From NCBI GenBank assembly GCA_964304625.1, contig OZ199838.1:11944524-12008523 (forward strand): a DNA stretch of 64,000 bases, given 5' to 3'. A program made the translations under genes and the position numbers. This document shows, in pieces, positions 13,100 through 24,686 of this stretch (within the stretch, counting starts at the first letter, position 1; each line of letters starts with the position of its first letter). The notes below the pieces were generated by a model. It did no database searches. It was not told the origin of the DNA and saw nothing but the letters and a program-made list of their open reading frames with translations. This DNA is from Kudoa neothunni. Taxonomy: Eukaryota > Animalia > Cnidaria.

Positions 13100-15750
13100 T
13101 AAACATATGCGAATCCGTCAGGGTATATAAAGATTCAATTTTTTTGCAATTTTGCATTTCTCGTTCCAATCTCTCATCAAATCCTGAAAATATGAACTTT
13201 TCTTCCACTTTTGTCACTGTAACACGAGATCGTAAACATTCATAAAATTATTTGAATGATTGCAACATATGATGACGTGTCAACGAACATTAATTATTAA
13301 CAAGGGAATATCGGCCGGATTTATTATAGATTTACTAGATCGGTTGTGTATGCCGTTATGTTGATTCATTATAAAATCTTGGAAAATTTCACTACAGTAG
13401 TATTCCAGGCTTCCCACATCGGTTGATCGATTAGCAGTATGTCTCTAATTAGGTTGGAAAATTCGACGAAGCTCTGATCGTTGCCAAAACCGGTGATTAT
13501 TTGTCACATGTCTCTTTCATTTTCAAATTTTATGGTTCTGATACGACGCATCGTCGCAGAATCTTCTATTGCAAAGCTTGTAAGTTGGTTTACCGCAATC
13601 ATTAATTTGGCTTTATTGTTAAACGTTATTAATTGATTACTATACAGTAGCCTGAAGGTTATAACGTATCCACCTTAAATTTTTAATAAAAATTTTATTA
13701 ATTCATATATGTACATACCATTCAATATCTTTATAGTGGGAATTGAAAAGTGTCCCCTTCGACTCGCTAACTATAGCCAACAATTTATCAATGAAAGGAG
13801 CTAATCTTGGATCGCAATCCTGGCTAATTTGGTTTTTATGGTTTTTGTTAACCACGAAAAGATCTCCAGGCACGCAATAATTGAAATGACCAAAAAAGTT
13901 TTGGATTGCAGACATTAGAATGGGTTTGCCATTCCTACCCTTAGGACCGTACAAAAACAAAGGTGTTTGTGTTTGCGAGGCTTGCGAAATTTTCTCTAGT
14001 AAATAATTGAGAAAAATATTTATAGGGTAATTGTTTAAAATGGTTTTCAGAAACACAGTCCAATTAGAATATGTGGTTGTTGTGTAATTAAATTGGGATC
14101 ATTTAACGGGAATATCCTCTTCTCTTTGGGTCTGTAATCTCCTCTATGTTTATTATATATATAATTGGCGAGATGTATATTATTTAAATAACAATCTGTT
14201 GCAATATTGGATTTTAAATAGAATTTTTCCAGAATGATTGACTCCTGTACCATGCCAATTTTTGGAATTTTTATTTGTTTTATTGCTAATTCAAGTAGGG
14301 AATCAAATTCGTAATCATATTTTTTAGAACAATTGGTAATCGCTTTCCTAATTCGCTGAGGAAGGTGTGTATTTTGTTCTTTAACCAATTTCCTTTGGAC
14401 CAATGACCACTGATTATTTGGTGTTGAATAATAAAACCATGGTTTAGGTCACCAATGTAAACATAATCTTGAATTTTTTCGGAAAACAGAACCGGATTCA
14501 AGCATTTGTGATAGATTAGATTTGGTATTAAATCTCACATGGATTCAATGGAAATGTTTTATCCTTTTACAATGATTTTTTGGGAAATGACGTCTAATGG
14601 GCTGGATGTACTCACTAGATCAAAGATTTTATGTGTGTTATTTGAAAAATTCTTATTTGCATGCTATTAAAAGGCAAGAATGTAATTGGTTATTATTATC
14701 AGGATTCTCCTAACTTCCAAATTGATAATCGTATTTGAATTGATTTTTGTTGAATAGAATTCATTGTAATTTTCCAAATTTCGGATTATGTGTCCTTCTT
14801 CAGTGTTATAATGATCACGATAAAGTACATTTATATGTGGAGGTTGTTTTCAGAGGTGACCGGTGACGTGTACAATTGGTCATTTTGGTTTAACGCCGTA
14901 ATATCTGGATCGATCCTTTTAACGTCTTGGACATTTGTGAGTTTAACTCATCCTTGTACATGAGCCACTTCAAACCCTGAAAGTCCTTGCGAAAAAATTG
15001 GCAAAATTTCTTGAATTTGGAGTCGTGAAACCTTATTACACACGATGAAGGAGTAATTACTCCATATAGATAATTGAGTTTATGTGTACGATTGTTCTTT
15101 TTGCAGAAACCGTTGAATATGTAGAAGTAACAATTATTTCTCCAGCAGAAATTGACGGAACGATGAATATTTTCACCACCGTAAAACATTGATTATTTCT
15201 TTTATAAATCCATTAATAACGATTTAAGGAATTTTAGCCCAGGTAGTTGAGAGATCACACGGAAATGTGGAGAGGTTTAATAAATGATCCGTACTAGAAA
15301 TTTCAGGTTAGTTTGAAATTTTCCGGTTTAAATTTATTTAAGTTTGAAAACTTTTCTTAATTGATCAAATTTTGAGGCATTTACAAAAATCACTATTTGA
15401 CCCCTATCTGTATGCCCTCGAACTAATAAAATGTAAGGAGTAATATCAAGGATCGTTAACCAAGGAATGTGACGTTAGCTAGTAAAAGAATAATTGAATT
15501 TGAGGGGATTATTCGTTTATTTTTTCAACTTGATGTCTTTTAAGTCATCAATGTTTTTTAAATCGAGGTTTTGTAGAATAGAATTTCTGTCCGTATCGAA
15601 GTAGAGAATAATGGGTTTGTCTTCATGACGTATTCGAATACGTTTGATTTTTTTAATTTTTCCACAAGAAAACCATAAGTTCTGGTTGATAGCGTAAACT
15701 ATCCCCTCAGTTTGCGATACTTTTTGTTTCAATATTGTAAATGGGTGCAT
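13100..15750 (-). pseudogene. AEP primase (PrimPol/NCLDV-herpes type)-Zn finger-D5-like SF3 helicase fusion, copy 1, decayed; 45-nt intron at 13718-13674
   Basis: ILYFDTD (AEP motif I), YSLH (motif II), FCKKNNRTHKLNYLY...HD (Zn finger), LYGPKGRNGKP (Walker A), LAIVSE (Walker B), KILNG|GYVITFRLLY, LMIAVN (motif C), DSATMRRIRTIKF (Arg finger); multiple frameshifts; 3' boundary approximate. Confidence 0.8.
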
Positions 15751-16049
15751 TATTGCAATAATTTGGTAAAGAGGTCTACTATTGGATGACGGATAACGAA
15801 AAAAACACGATTCAGTAATGTCACTGGCGATTCTAAATTAGTGTCACGTCATCAACTCCCCGAAGTAACCGTAGTGTTAATACTAATGTTATTATATGAT
15901 ACAGAACTTCGAAATCACATTGCACGCGGTATCTATCGTTCGGATCAAATTGGGGTTTTTTGAATTATTTAGAACTTTCAATTTTAAAGATGTACTTTAA
16001 GAACATAAAGAATGATATTTATGAGATTCTTGTCAATTGTCACTGGGTG

Positions 16050-16335
16050 ATTCAAGTTTAATTAACTACATAATGACTCAGGAACGAGCGGCCAAACCAA
16101 TAGAGAGATCGCTTCGAATATTAAAATGGACTAAAATACGACAAGGAAAATAATTAAAGCTTATGAGACAACAGAAAGATTTTGTCCTTCAACAAGAGGT
16201 GGTGATAGGCAATCAATTTTGTTGAACAGTCACAAGCAATTCATTATGGAATTAATCAACGGCGATTGCACAATATCGCTTAAAGTTACACTGGATAAAT
16301 AAATAGATAACTTTAATATAAAAGCATCAAAACTT
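16050..16335 (+). pseudogene. IS630/Tc1-mariner-type transposase N-terminal (HTH) fragment
   Basis: Translates as TTRKIIKAYETTERFCPSTRGGDRQSILLNSHKQFIMELINGDCTISLK. Confidence 0.55.
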
Positions 16336-16489
16336 GCGTTAATGATGTGATTTTAAATCTGATTTAACAAATTTCAGTTTGCATCATTATTGAGAACGGT
16401 CTTATATTGTTTGGTGAATCAATATTCATTAAATCGTATTTTCTGGAATGTTTATACGACGAAATAGTTGAATTGACTTAAACTTTTTT

Positions 16490-17166
16490 TATTATTACTT
16501 TTAAAATATGCCGATTGAATATGGCCATGTTTTATGCTGTGGTTACATACAACATCCTTAAATTTGCATTTATTAGGTGAATGTCTTTTTTTTCACAGGA
16601 GTAGAAAACTCCTTTTATCATTTGAATTTTGTTTATTGGTTCCTCTTGAACAAAACTAGATAGTTTTGCTCCGTTTTCAGCCACTTCTCGATCAGAGAGA
16701 AATGAAACCATTGCTCCTCATATTGGATTGGTAGATTTAACACATCATTTCGTATTTTACCAGAGTGCAAACCATTTATTTGACGATCCCTCAGGTTCTC
16801 GTTTAAGTTTATACCAAACCGACATGACATATGATATTACCAGCTTTTTTAATTCTCTGATGTATTCAGCAATGGTTTCTTATCGGTGTTAATTTCGCCA
16901 GTTGAAAATTCCTCTCATAGCAATTACGTTTATAGGAGATGAAAGACATTTTACAAGAGATTTCTCCAGATTTTTCAAATTAACGCCCATAAATGTTAAT
17001 GGGAAAGCTTAGCATTGATCTCCTTGTACTCAGTAGTGTTCATGCTCATTAATATTAGAGATTTCTTCTTACCGTCATCTAATATTGAATTAAGCAAAAA
17101 GTATTCGCGGATTTGTTCGACAAAACAATTAATATCTTCATTCTTATCGTATTTAGATATTTTCAT
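16490..17166 (-). pseudogene. Ty3/Gypsy LTR retrotransposon gag remnant
   Basis: MKISKYDKNEDINCFVEQIREYFLLNSI..., ETIAEYIRELKKL, CRFGINLNENLRDRQINGL, and a degenerate Zn knuckle CKFKDVVCNHSIKHGHIQSA. Confidence 0.7.
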
Positions 17167-17544
17167 TTTTAACGAGTCTTCGCCGCTAGTTGTTAATGCC
17201 GTGCGTTACGATCATAGGAAGGGTTCATTGTGCTTATAAAACATACCAGTGACAAAGAACAGTACTCTAACTAGACCGTTTGTTTATATAGATAGGGAGA
17301 CATCATGTAACACATCTAAAATGACGTCACGTCTATGAACTAACATATTTACGATGTACTAAATTACAAATACATATGAAAATTAATAATAATGTTAACT
17401 AACACATACTAACGTTACTCCGCGAAAAAATAGAAACCAATGTATTAACGAATAATGTAACTGAATTTGAAGTGATGGTGACCGTATTAGTAAATAGGAG
17501 TTAACCCGGGCGTATTAGTTAGAATAACGATAACCAATTAATAA

Positions 17545-18185
17545 TTAAGGAAATCAGCACGCCTAGCTGTATGGATGCCATAAGGTTGGTCCATAGTAAA
17601 CAACTTCCTTTGGTGTCATAACAAATGGTAACTTTTAAATAAAGCACTACCAGTTATGGACAATGTATCCCTCCATAAAATCACTGAACGCTTTTTTTGT
17701 TTACAAGGTCAAAACCCGGACGCAACTTGTTAGGTTGTGAAGTTCGGGCTGGTTAGGCCGTCTCCAGTTACGCTTTAGGCACCGCAACGCCATATTAAGG
17801 CGACTTACGCTTATGCGGTAGAGTGGGACCATAACCCATTAAACATCTTCGTTTCGGAGCAAACACCACCCAAAAAATACCCCGGACTAACCCTGAATTA
17901 GTCCGGGAAAATCGTCTGTATGCGGGCGTCAGCTTTACGGAAACCCCCTACTGGGTTGGATTTCGTCCCTGTAAACCGGCGTTTATGAGCGCCCAAGTTC
18001 TACTATTCCGCCAGGTTTCCCTCCCAAATGCAAGCAAGACTACGATAAATCGTATAATCCTTGCGATTACTACATCCTTCCTACTTAATTTCGGATTAGG
18101 AGTACAGGAACGCCCCGACTAGGCTTCGAACTCGCAATCTCACGGTATGCGATCCCGACCTAAAACCACGATGCCACATTGTCCA
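17545..18185 (-). mobile_element. tRNA-derived SINE-like element
   Basis: GC-richer island; minus-strand head has A box TGGCATCGTGGT and B box GAGTTCGAAGCC in tRNA spacing, without a perfect cloverleaf; internal palindrome CCCGGACTAA-ccctgaa-TTAGTCCGGG; tail boundary approximate. Confidence 0.6.
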
Positions 18186-18278
18186 GGCTACCGAGATATG
18201 GGGGATCAATAGCTGAATATTATCGTATTTCATATTCTTATCTCCTTATTTGTCTTTTTGAAATCCACTGGAAAATAT

Positions 18279-18821
18279 GGTTGAAATGTAGAATAATGGT
18301 CGTAATCTAAATCAGCGACACCAGAAAACAACGAACCTGTTGATTATTGTAATTTTTGTATTTATCATTGTTTCATCACCCGTAAGTTATTTTAGGCACT
18401 GTATTTGTTATCAATAATAGTTGTTGTAAAATATTATTTAATAACTGCTTGCCTCTCGCGGTTATTTCCAAAAGCAATATCATTTATCGATCGAGTAAAG
18501 ATTGCTTTATTTATCCTAAAATTTGAGTGTAACAACTATGATTTTTTATCAAACGTCATATTTCATCCTTAGCAATTGCCTACTATTAATTAAATGCCTA
18601 TAAGAATAAGAAATTCATATTTTCTGCCAGCAATAAATGTTAAATTGTATCAAATGCATAACGTTAATATCAAAAATTATTTATTATAATTAATCCACTA
18701 ATTCCTATGATTAAATATTCAACAAATTTCATACTAATTTGATTTAAAAAATTCAGTATTAATGTCCGAACTAATTACAATATTTAATCCGTACATGCGG
18801 CCATTATTCTACATTTTAACC
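18279..18821. mobile_element. MITE family A, copy 2 (GG-ended 24-bp TIRs, possibly Merlin-type)
   Basis: Left GGTTGAAATGTAGAATAATGGTCG versus reverse complement of right GGTTAAAATGTAGAATAATGGCCG (22/24); no ORF; TSD not recognisable. Confidence 0.75.
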
Positions 18822-21800
18822 GACCTGCCTCATCATAGATTTTGAACATGATTTTTAACTATACTCTACGAATTACGAACCTCCAAATAATGTTTTTTTA
18901 CCTATATTAGGTTTGGTTTTTAAATTCTGGCATGAAACAAAACTCTCCTGAAAAACGAATAAAACCATTTTCATAGTTCCAAATATCACTAACCATCAAA
19001 TCCTCCTGCCCCCCTTATGATTAACTCACATAGATCAAATTTGTCATATACATTGGGTGTCTATTTTCAATCAATGTAAAAAACGGAATAAGCGGAAATA
19101 ATACAAATAACCAACATTACATGAATATTTAGAAAATTAAATGTACAATTCTATAATTAAGAAACCAAATAATAAATACAACTTTTACGCGTATTAAAAA
19201 AACCAAAAAATAAAACTTCACAACAAAATAATACCCAGAGAGTCTAATTCGATAAACGAATCGACATATTTTGCTCTTTTGAAAATCCTTTTTAAAGCTC
19301 TTCCATCTCTCTTCTTAGTTTCCGTCGAATTATGATTATTTTACGGAGATAAGCAATGAATTCATATTTTAATTGCTTATTCACCGTAATATCGTTATCT
19401 TTAATGATTCTAGGATCATAACTCTCCACGAATTCTCTGAAACATACAAAGTCATCTTCACTACCCTCACACAGATGTTCATCCAAGAAATTCTGCAATC
19501 CCCCAGTATTCTCTTCTCTGAATACACATTCCACCGAAAAAGAAGAATCCTTTAAATTAATTAAAGAGACATCTTTGATGATATTAACGAATTCTGACAG
19601 ACACGAGTCAGTGGACAAGTCTCTTACGAGAGAAACCATGTCCCGCTCTAACTCACCCTGAAATTCATTCTCAAATTTTATTACTCTCACCCTACGACTA
19701 ATAGCAGCGTCTCCTCCAATAAAACAGGTATTTTGTTTGTAGCTACTATTATCTTTGATTTATTGACAAAAGTATCCGATTACTAATTCATTCAAAAACA
19801 ATCTTCTGTACGATATACCATCATTCACTATGTTAAAATAAATAAACAAATTAAAAATTATCGAAAACTAACCAATTAAACTTTTTATGAGGGATGTGTT
19901 GCATAAACAACCTCGGTTTTCTCCCACCGTTGTCAATTTTGTTGTTGAGAAGGGAATAAATCTGAGGTCATTGTCCCTCGCAACGTCACCGTTTCCATTC
20001 TTGGATATTACAAGGAATGCACCCGCAACGTCATAACGATACGGTTCAAACAGATTTTTAAGAATAAACAAAAGTGTGCTTTTCCCATTGCGTCCTTTTG
20101 GCCCATTAAAGAACAGAATTGTTTGAGACAGTTGTGATTGGAATAATGCTTCCGTTAGATAATTTAGAAGGATATTTTTGTCCTCTTCTCCAAGCAGGGA
20201 ATCCAAAAATTCTTTAATTTGTTTGGATGAGATATTGGGTACATAATTGAAATTAAAAAATTTCAATGAAAAATCCCCCTATTCTTAGAGCGTGTTTTGA
20301 AGTCTTCCAATGAAATCAAACAATTTTTAAAATGGATGTGGTTGTAAAAACTAGAAATCGCGTCGACCGATTTTATCATAATTTTTCCGTTATTAATCCC
20401 CAGTTTACGGAGTCTCACTTTGTAAGCTTTAGAAGATTTTCCATTTCTTTTATCACAATGCAGATATTCGAAATAAGGGAAACCCCCGGATAATTCATTA
20501 AAACATTCTCAGTTACGCTTACCAGAATACTTCCATTTAGATAAATGTATTTATATATGGAGCTATGTAACAATTTTTTAGGGGTGAATCCCATACATTT
20601 ATCTCATCAAAAGCGGACCATTCGCCCCATTCCAATACATACATCAACTACTGCTGGTAATCCGAGCTGAGTATTACATCAACCCAGTTGAAGTAGGTTA
20701 AATTATCAAATAAGTTTTTCGGATTTTCAAGGGTAGCCTGCGGAAAGAATATATTTAATTCCTTTAGGATAACGGAATAAGAATTCGCCGACATGGCTTC
20801 CGATGGATCCTGGAGATCTTTTTAAGAATATTAATACACCAAATTTACACGAGAATAAAAGGTTACTTGAGTTTAGATTGAAGGAAAGGTTAACTATAAC
20901 GTTTAGATTATAATTCACACCTCATAGATAATGGGTTGGCCTGAGTTTTTGGGTATTTTATGTGATTTAGGAGATATTTTATGGGTATAATGAGTTGGGT
21001 CCACCAGTTTTAGGTTGTCCTGATTAGTCAGAGTTGCCTCATATTGATTTTGTGATAATTCCATGCTTCCCACTCCAACATCTGCATTCCTCACCAGTTG
21101 AAGTAATTGTTTTGTTAAAAAGTCGTTGTATACAACTTATTCCAATGGATATATTTGTTTGATATTGGTTTGTGTTATGAGCCCACAAGAGGAGTCATGA
21201 CATGAAATCATGACTCTTCTTGGGGTGAGGGTACAATATAGGTTGTTGGAATTGTGTTTCAGTTGGGCTTCTTTGCATATACCCTCAGAGTCAAGAAAGT
21301 AGCAAGTTCTTTTGTATTATAAGGAGAGGAAATCGTCTATATTTTGCGGACCATAAATTTCGGGAATCATTCCTTTCATAATCTCCTCTATGAACGAGTT
21401 AGGGGAAATTTTTTGGGGAGCTAATGATTGGTTTGAGGGTTGGGGAGAGGTGGAACCAATAGGCGGGTTGTTGTTTGGATTAACGGATACTTCATTATGG
21501 TGGATCGATAAATCTAAGAATGAAGAAAGATTGGCCGAAATTTCTGCCATGAATATGGTTGTTGGTTTGTCTTTATAAAATGTCAAAGTTTTTTTTATGA
21601 AGTCATCACTGGCATCCACTTGAGCGGGCATAATTGGCAGAAGTTTACGATGTTCCTTTGCATTAGATGCATATACATTTCTGAAAAGCTCCCCTCCTAT
21701 CACTGTAAACATAGGAATCGACATCTCTTATTTGGAAAAATGAGTTCTGATTGAGGAAATTTTTGAGACTGGTAACACCAGGGAATACTAACAATCCGTT

Positions 21801-23106
21801 ATCGTTTTTAGTGTACATTCGTACCATAAGATAGGCGGAGTGTTTCATTGAAGAGTTGTGGAAGTCGTGGGATGTAATCAAATAGAACTCAATTTGAAAT
21901 ATTGATTCAAAAATATTATTAATCATTTCTTGGATTGTTCTGATAGTCTCATTGCCCATTTCAATGGGGGATTGAGGAATGATGTCTTCTGGGTTCATTT
22001 TTATGTCCACATCGAAGTATGGGATAATGTGAGAGTCTCCTGGTGTATATTTAAATATGTTATGCGATTTTATTTTCTGGACAACGTTGTCGTAGGATGG
22101 GGTGGGTTTATGACGCCCGTAGTGATTCAAGACGTATACAATCCTACCTTTGTTCAAAGCACGTAGCTTAGACGAACTCATTTCAATGATTGTGAGTATT
22201 AGAGCTTCTTAAACACGCGGATGTAATGATTAAATTTGATGCCTGATGAATTAAGCACAAAAGTGGCGATAAAATGTTATGCGTGATAATTAGAGTAAGA
22301 TAGGGTGTGGCATATAATGTTTCTAAAAGTCGAACGTGATATTCTTTGTATCATAAACACAGAATCGATCAAGGCATGCGTGAGATAAATTGAGTGTTAT
22401 AGTTCTAATTAAGTTAGAAAAAATTACTTCGATATATTTTCCATCCTAACAAGATAATTACTCTACAATTTTATGAAATTTTAAATAAGTTTAATATTAT
22501 AATAAATTAAAAGATGTATAAAACATATTATTGTGTTCTTGTCTGTAAAAACGTTTACTTTCTATAGCTAAGGCGACCTTTAATGTTAAAATTCGAATTC
22601 CTTAATTTTAGAGCTATTAAAATTTGTAACCGTGATGAAAAAGGGATCAATCCTAATTCATCTCACGCTCATTAGTTAATATTACACACTTCACGTTACA
22701 CGCGTAGAAAGTCTAATTTGAAAAATATTTTATGCAGTACGTATTATATGGTCAAACAAATGTTTCATAAATAAACATCGTAGGATTTGGTTTCAAATTT
22801 TAAAGAAACGGTAATTCGTTTTAGGCCTTTTTAAGGGATTATATTTCTTTTAAAGTCATATGCATGTGTACGAAAGATATTTAATGAGAATGCACTAATT
22901 ATAATGCTGATTGAAGAGGGTTTAATGGTAGGTGTAATTTTTAAAATATAATGTTTGTAACGACATTTCGGTGGGAGGTATGCTATCGGAAAAATTTTAA
23001 AAACCAAACTTTATTAAGTATAAACAAAATATATAAAAATCAGGTAGATTTGAATTTGGTAAAATGTAGTAAAAACTCATGCATCGAAAATATGATGAGG
23101 CACGTC
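18822..23106 (-). mobile_element. putative TIR-bounded element carrying only a primase-helicase gene
   Basis: GACCTGCCTCATCATA at 18822 and its inverted copy TATGATGAGGCACGTC at 23091-23106 (15/16); about 44/63 ungapped identity over the first 63 nt, plus shared GTTTGGTTTTTAAA further in. Confidence 0.6.
19292..22181 (-). pseudogene. AEP primase-Zn finger-D5-like SF3 helicase fusion, copy 2, frameshifted; 45-nt intron at 19872-19828
   Basis: IPYFDVD (motif I), KHSAY (motif II, His to Tyr), VDSYVYS...FRNVYASNAK (motif III), CKEAQLKHNSNNLY...ISCHDSSC (UL52/PrimPol Zn finger), FNGPKGRNGKST (Walker A), KLTTVGE, IIVATNKIP, DAAISRRVRVIKF. Confidence 0.88.
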
Positions 23107-23610
23107 TAATTTTTAAATATTAGACTTGCCTCATCTGTATATCGTGTAATTTTTATGTAAAATGCATCAATGTAAGTTATACCTAATTCCTTTGGAATTA
23201 ATATATCAATGTATAAATTTAATATATTAGGTATACCGAATTTCAATATTGAACCTTAACCTTAGATATATTTTTTCCGTTTTTGGAATAAAAATTAATT
23301 TTTACTTTATTTAAGAAAACTTTACATTTTAAGCATTCATTCAGAAGTTAAAAAATTTATATTTATTAAGGATGAACAAATAAAATAATTATTAAAGATT
23401 GGTTTTTAGGCTTTGAGGATTAACATAGGGTCTAATATAACAAATTTTGATAGATGTATTATTAATTGAGCCTGCAATTTTCCACGTTTATTTTTGGAAG
23501 AATCGAAGTTTTAAATCGAAAATTGCATGTTCTATTTATTAATAATAGATTCCATTTTATTTAATTCCGATATTTTCATAATTATTACAAAGGAGTATCT
23601 TATACATAAT

Positions 23611-23613
<3 letters not shown>

Positions 23614-23651
<38 letters not shown>
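23614..23651. repeat. (TA)n microsatellite
   Basis: Uninterrupted TA run. Confidence 0.95.
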
Positions 23652-23652
<1 letters not shown>

Positions 23653-23976
23653 GAGCAACATGTAGTATGAGTATGGGAAATTATTTTTCTCTTAAAAGCA
23701 GTCAATAAATAGGAAAGTGTGTGGTTCGTTAATAACATCCATTGATAATTTTTTTCCAAATCTTTTAAGTTTTTATTATTAGATTTAAAAAATCTAACTA
23801 AATAATTCAACTAAATATGATAAGTTTTTTTTAAAACGTACTGGATACGAGATAGTTGGCAAACTTGATCTTATTCGTTGTTAATCTAAACAAAACAAAT
23901 TAGAATCATTTATTGTTGATATATGCTAACTTTTACATTAGCTATGTATAATAGAAGCATATTTTATACTTTATCG

Positions 23977-24523
23977 CAGGGGTCGGCAACCTACCGCCCT
24001 CCAATTATTTCTGTACGGTCCACCATAGAAGTAACTAGCATAATTTTTCTTTAGTGTCTAAAATACGTAAATAATTTTTATGCTTTTATCTAGATCATCT
24101 TCTACATGTGAATATGTTGAAAACTAAAAACATTTCAACCGACTAAAATTCATTTTCATTAATAAAAAATCGGAATAAATGACTATCAAAATAAAGTTAA
24201 AATTATTTTTAGAAAAATATAAAATATTCTTAAAATTGCATATAGGTGCATCACATATTATTTGACATAATCCAATAAATAGTTTTTCCGAGAGTTAAGT
24301 AAGAGTTGGTTACATCGCAAACGAAAATTATTAATATACGATAATTTTTATTCGAAGTAATTTTATCGTTAAAATGGCTTTTATAAATTCTAATTTATGT
24401 ATTTATATTCAATATTTGGATTAGGAATATTTTAACATTCTAGTAAATTAAATTAGTTACGACCCGCATTAAAGTTAGAGTACGCTTGCTAGGCCCGACA
24501 CTCACAAAGGGTGTCGGGCCAAA
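23977..24523. mobile_element. hAT (Charlie-like) MITE with remodelled right TIR
   Basis: Left TIR CAGGGGTCGGCAACCT; perfect 8-bp TSD CTTTATCG at 23969-23976 and 24524-24531; right TIR matches only 9/16. Confidence 0.75.
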
Positions 24524-24609
24524 CTTTATCGGGTTCATATTTGATATTATCATCTCTTCCATTTTTATATATAGAATTTGAGTTATTTATCGGTCAACTG
24601 CTGTAACAC

Positions 24610-24686
24610 AAGGTCCGAATCGGGATCCGAACCTGGGTTATTTGTATTAAAAGTCGGTGATGCCATACCGCCCTGCTCTCAATCAC
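24610..24686 (-). pseudogene. decayed tRNA-Lys(TTT)-like sequence or SINE head
   Basis: Minus strand ...GGCGGTATGGCATCACCGACTTTTAAT...CCAGGTTCGGATCCC; B box and CTTTTAA anticodon loop present, stems broken. Confidence 0.4.

Noticed and set aside
18700-18815. Stop codons at matching positions in the three repeat copies, hinting at a reassigned genetic code
   Set aside because: The repeat is a non-coding MITE, and host genes here end in standard TAA, TAG or TGA
12511-23530. Weak inverted similarity between 12511-12700 and 23300-23530, suggesting one 11-kb element enclosing both primase genes
   Set aside because: Only short AT-rich patches with gaps; not distinguishable from chance without a scored alignment
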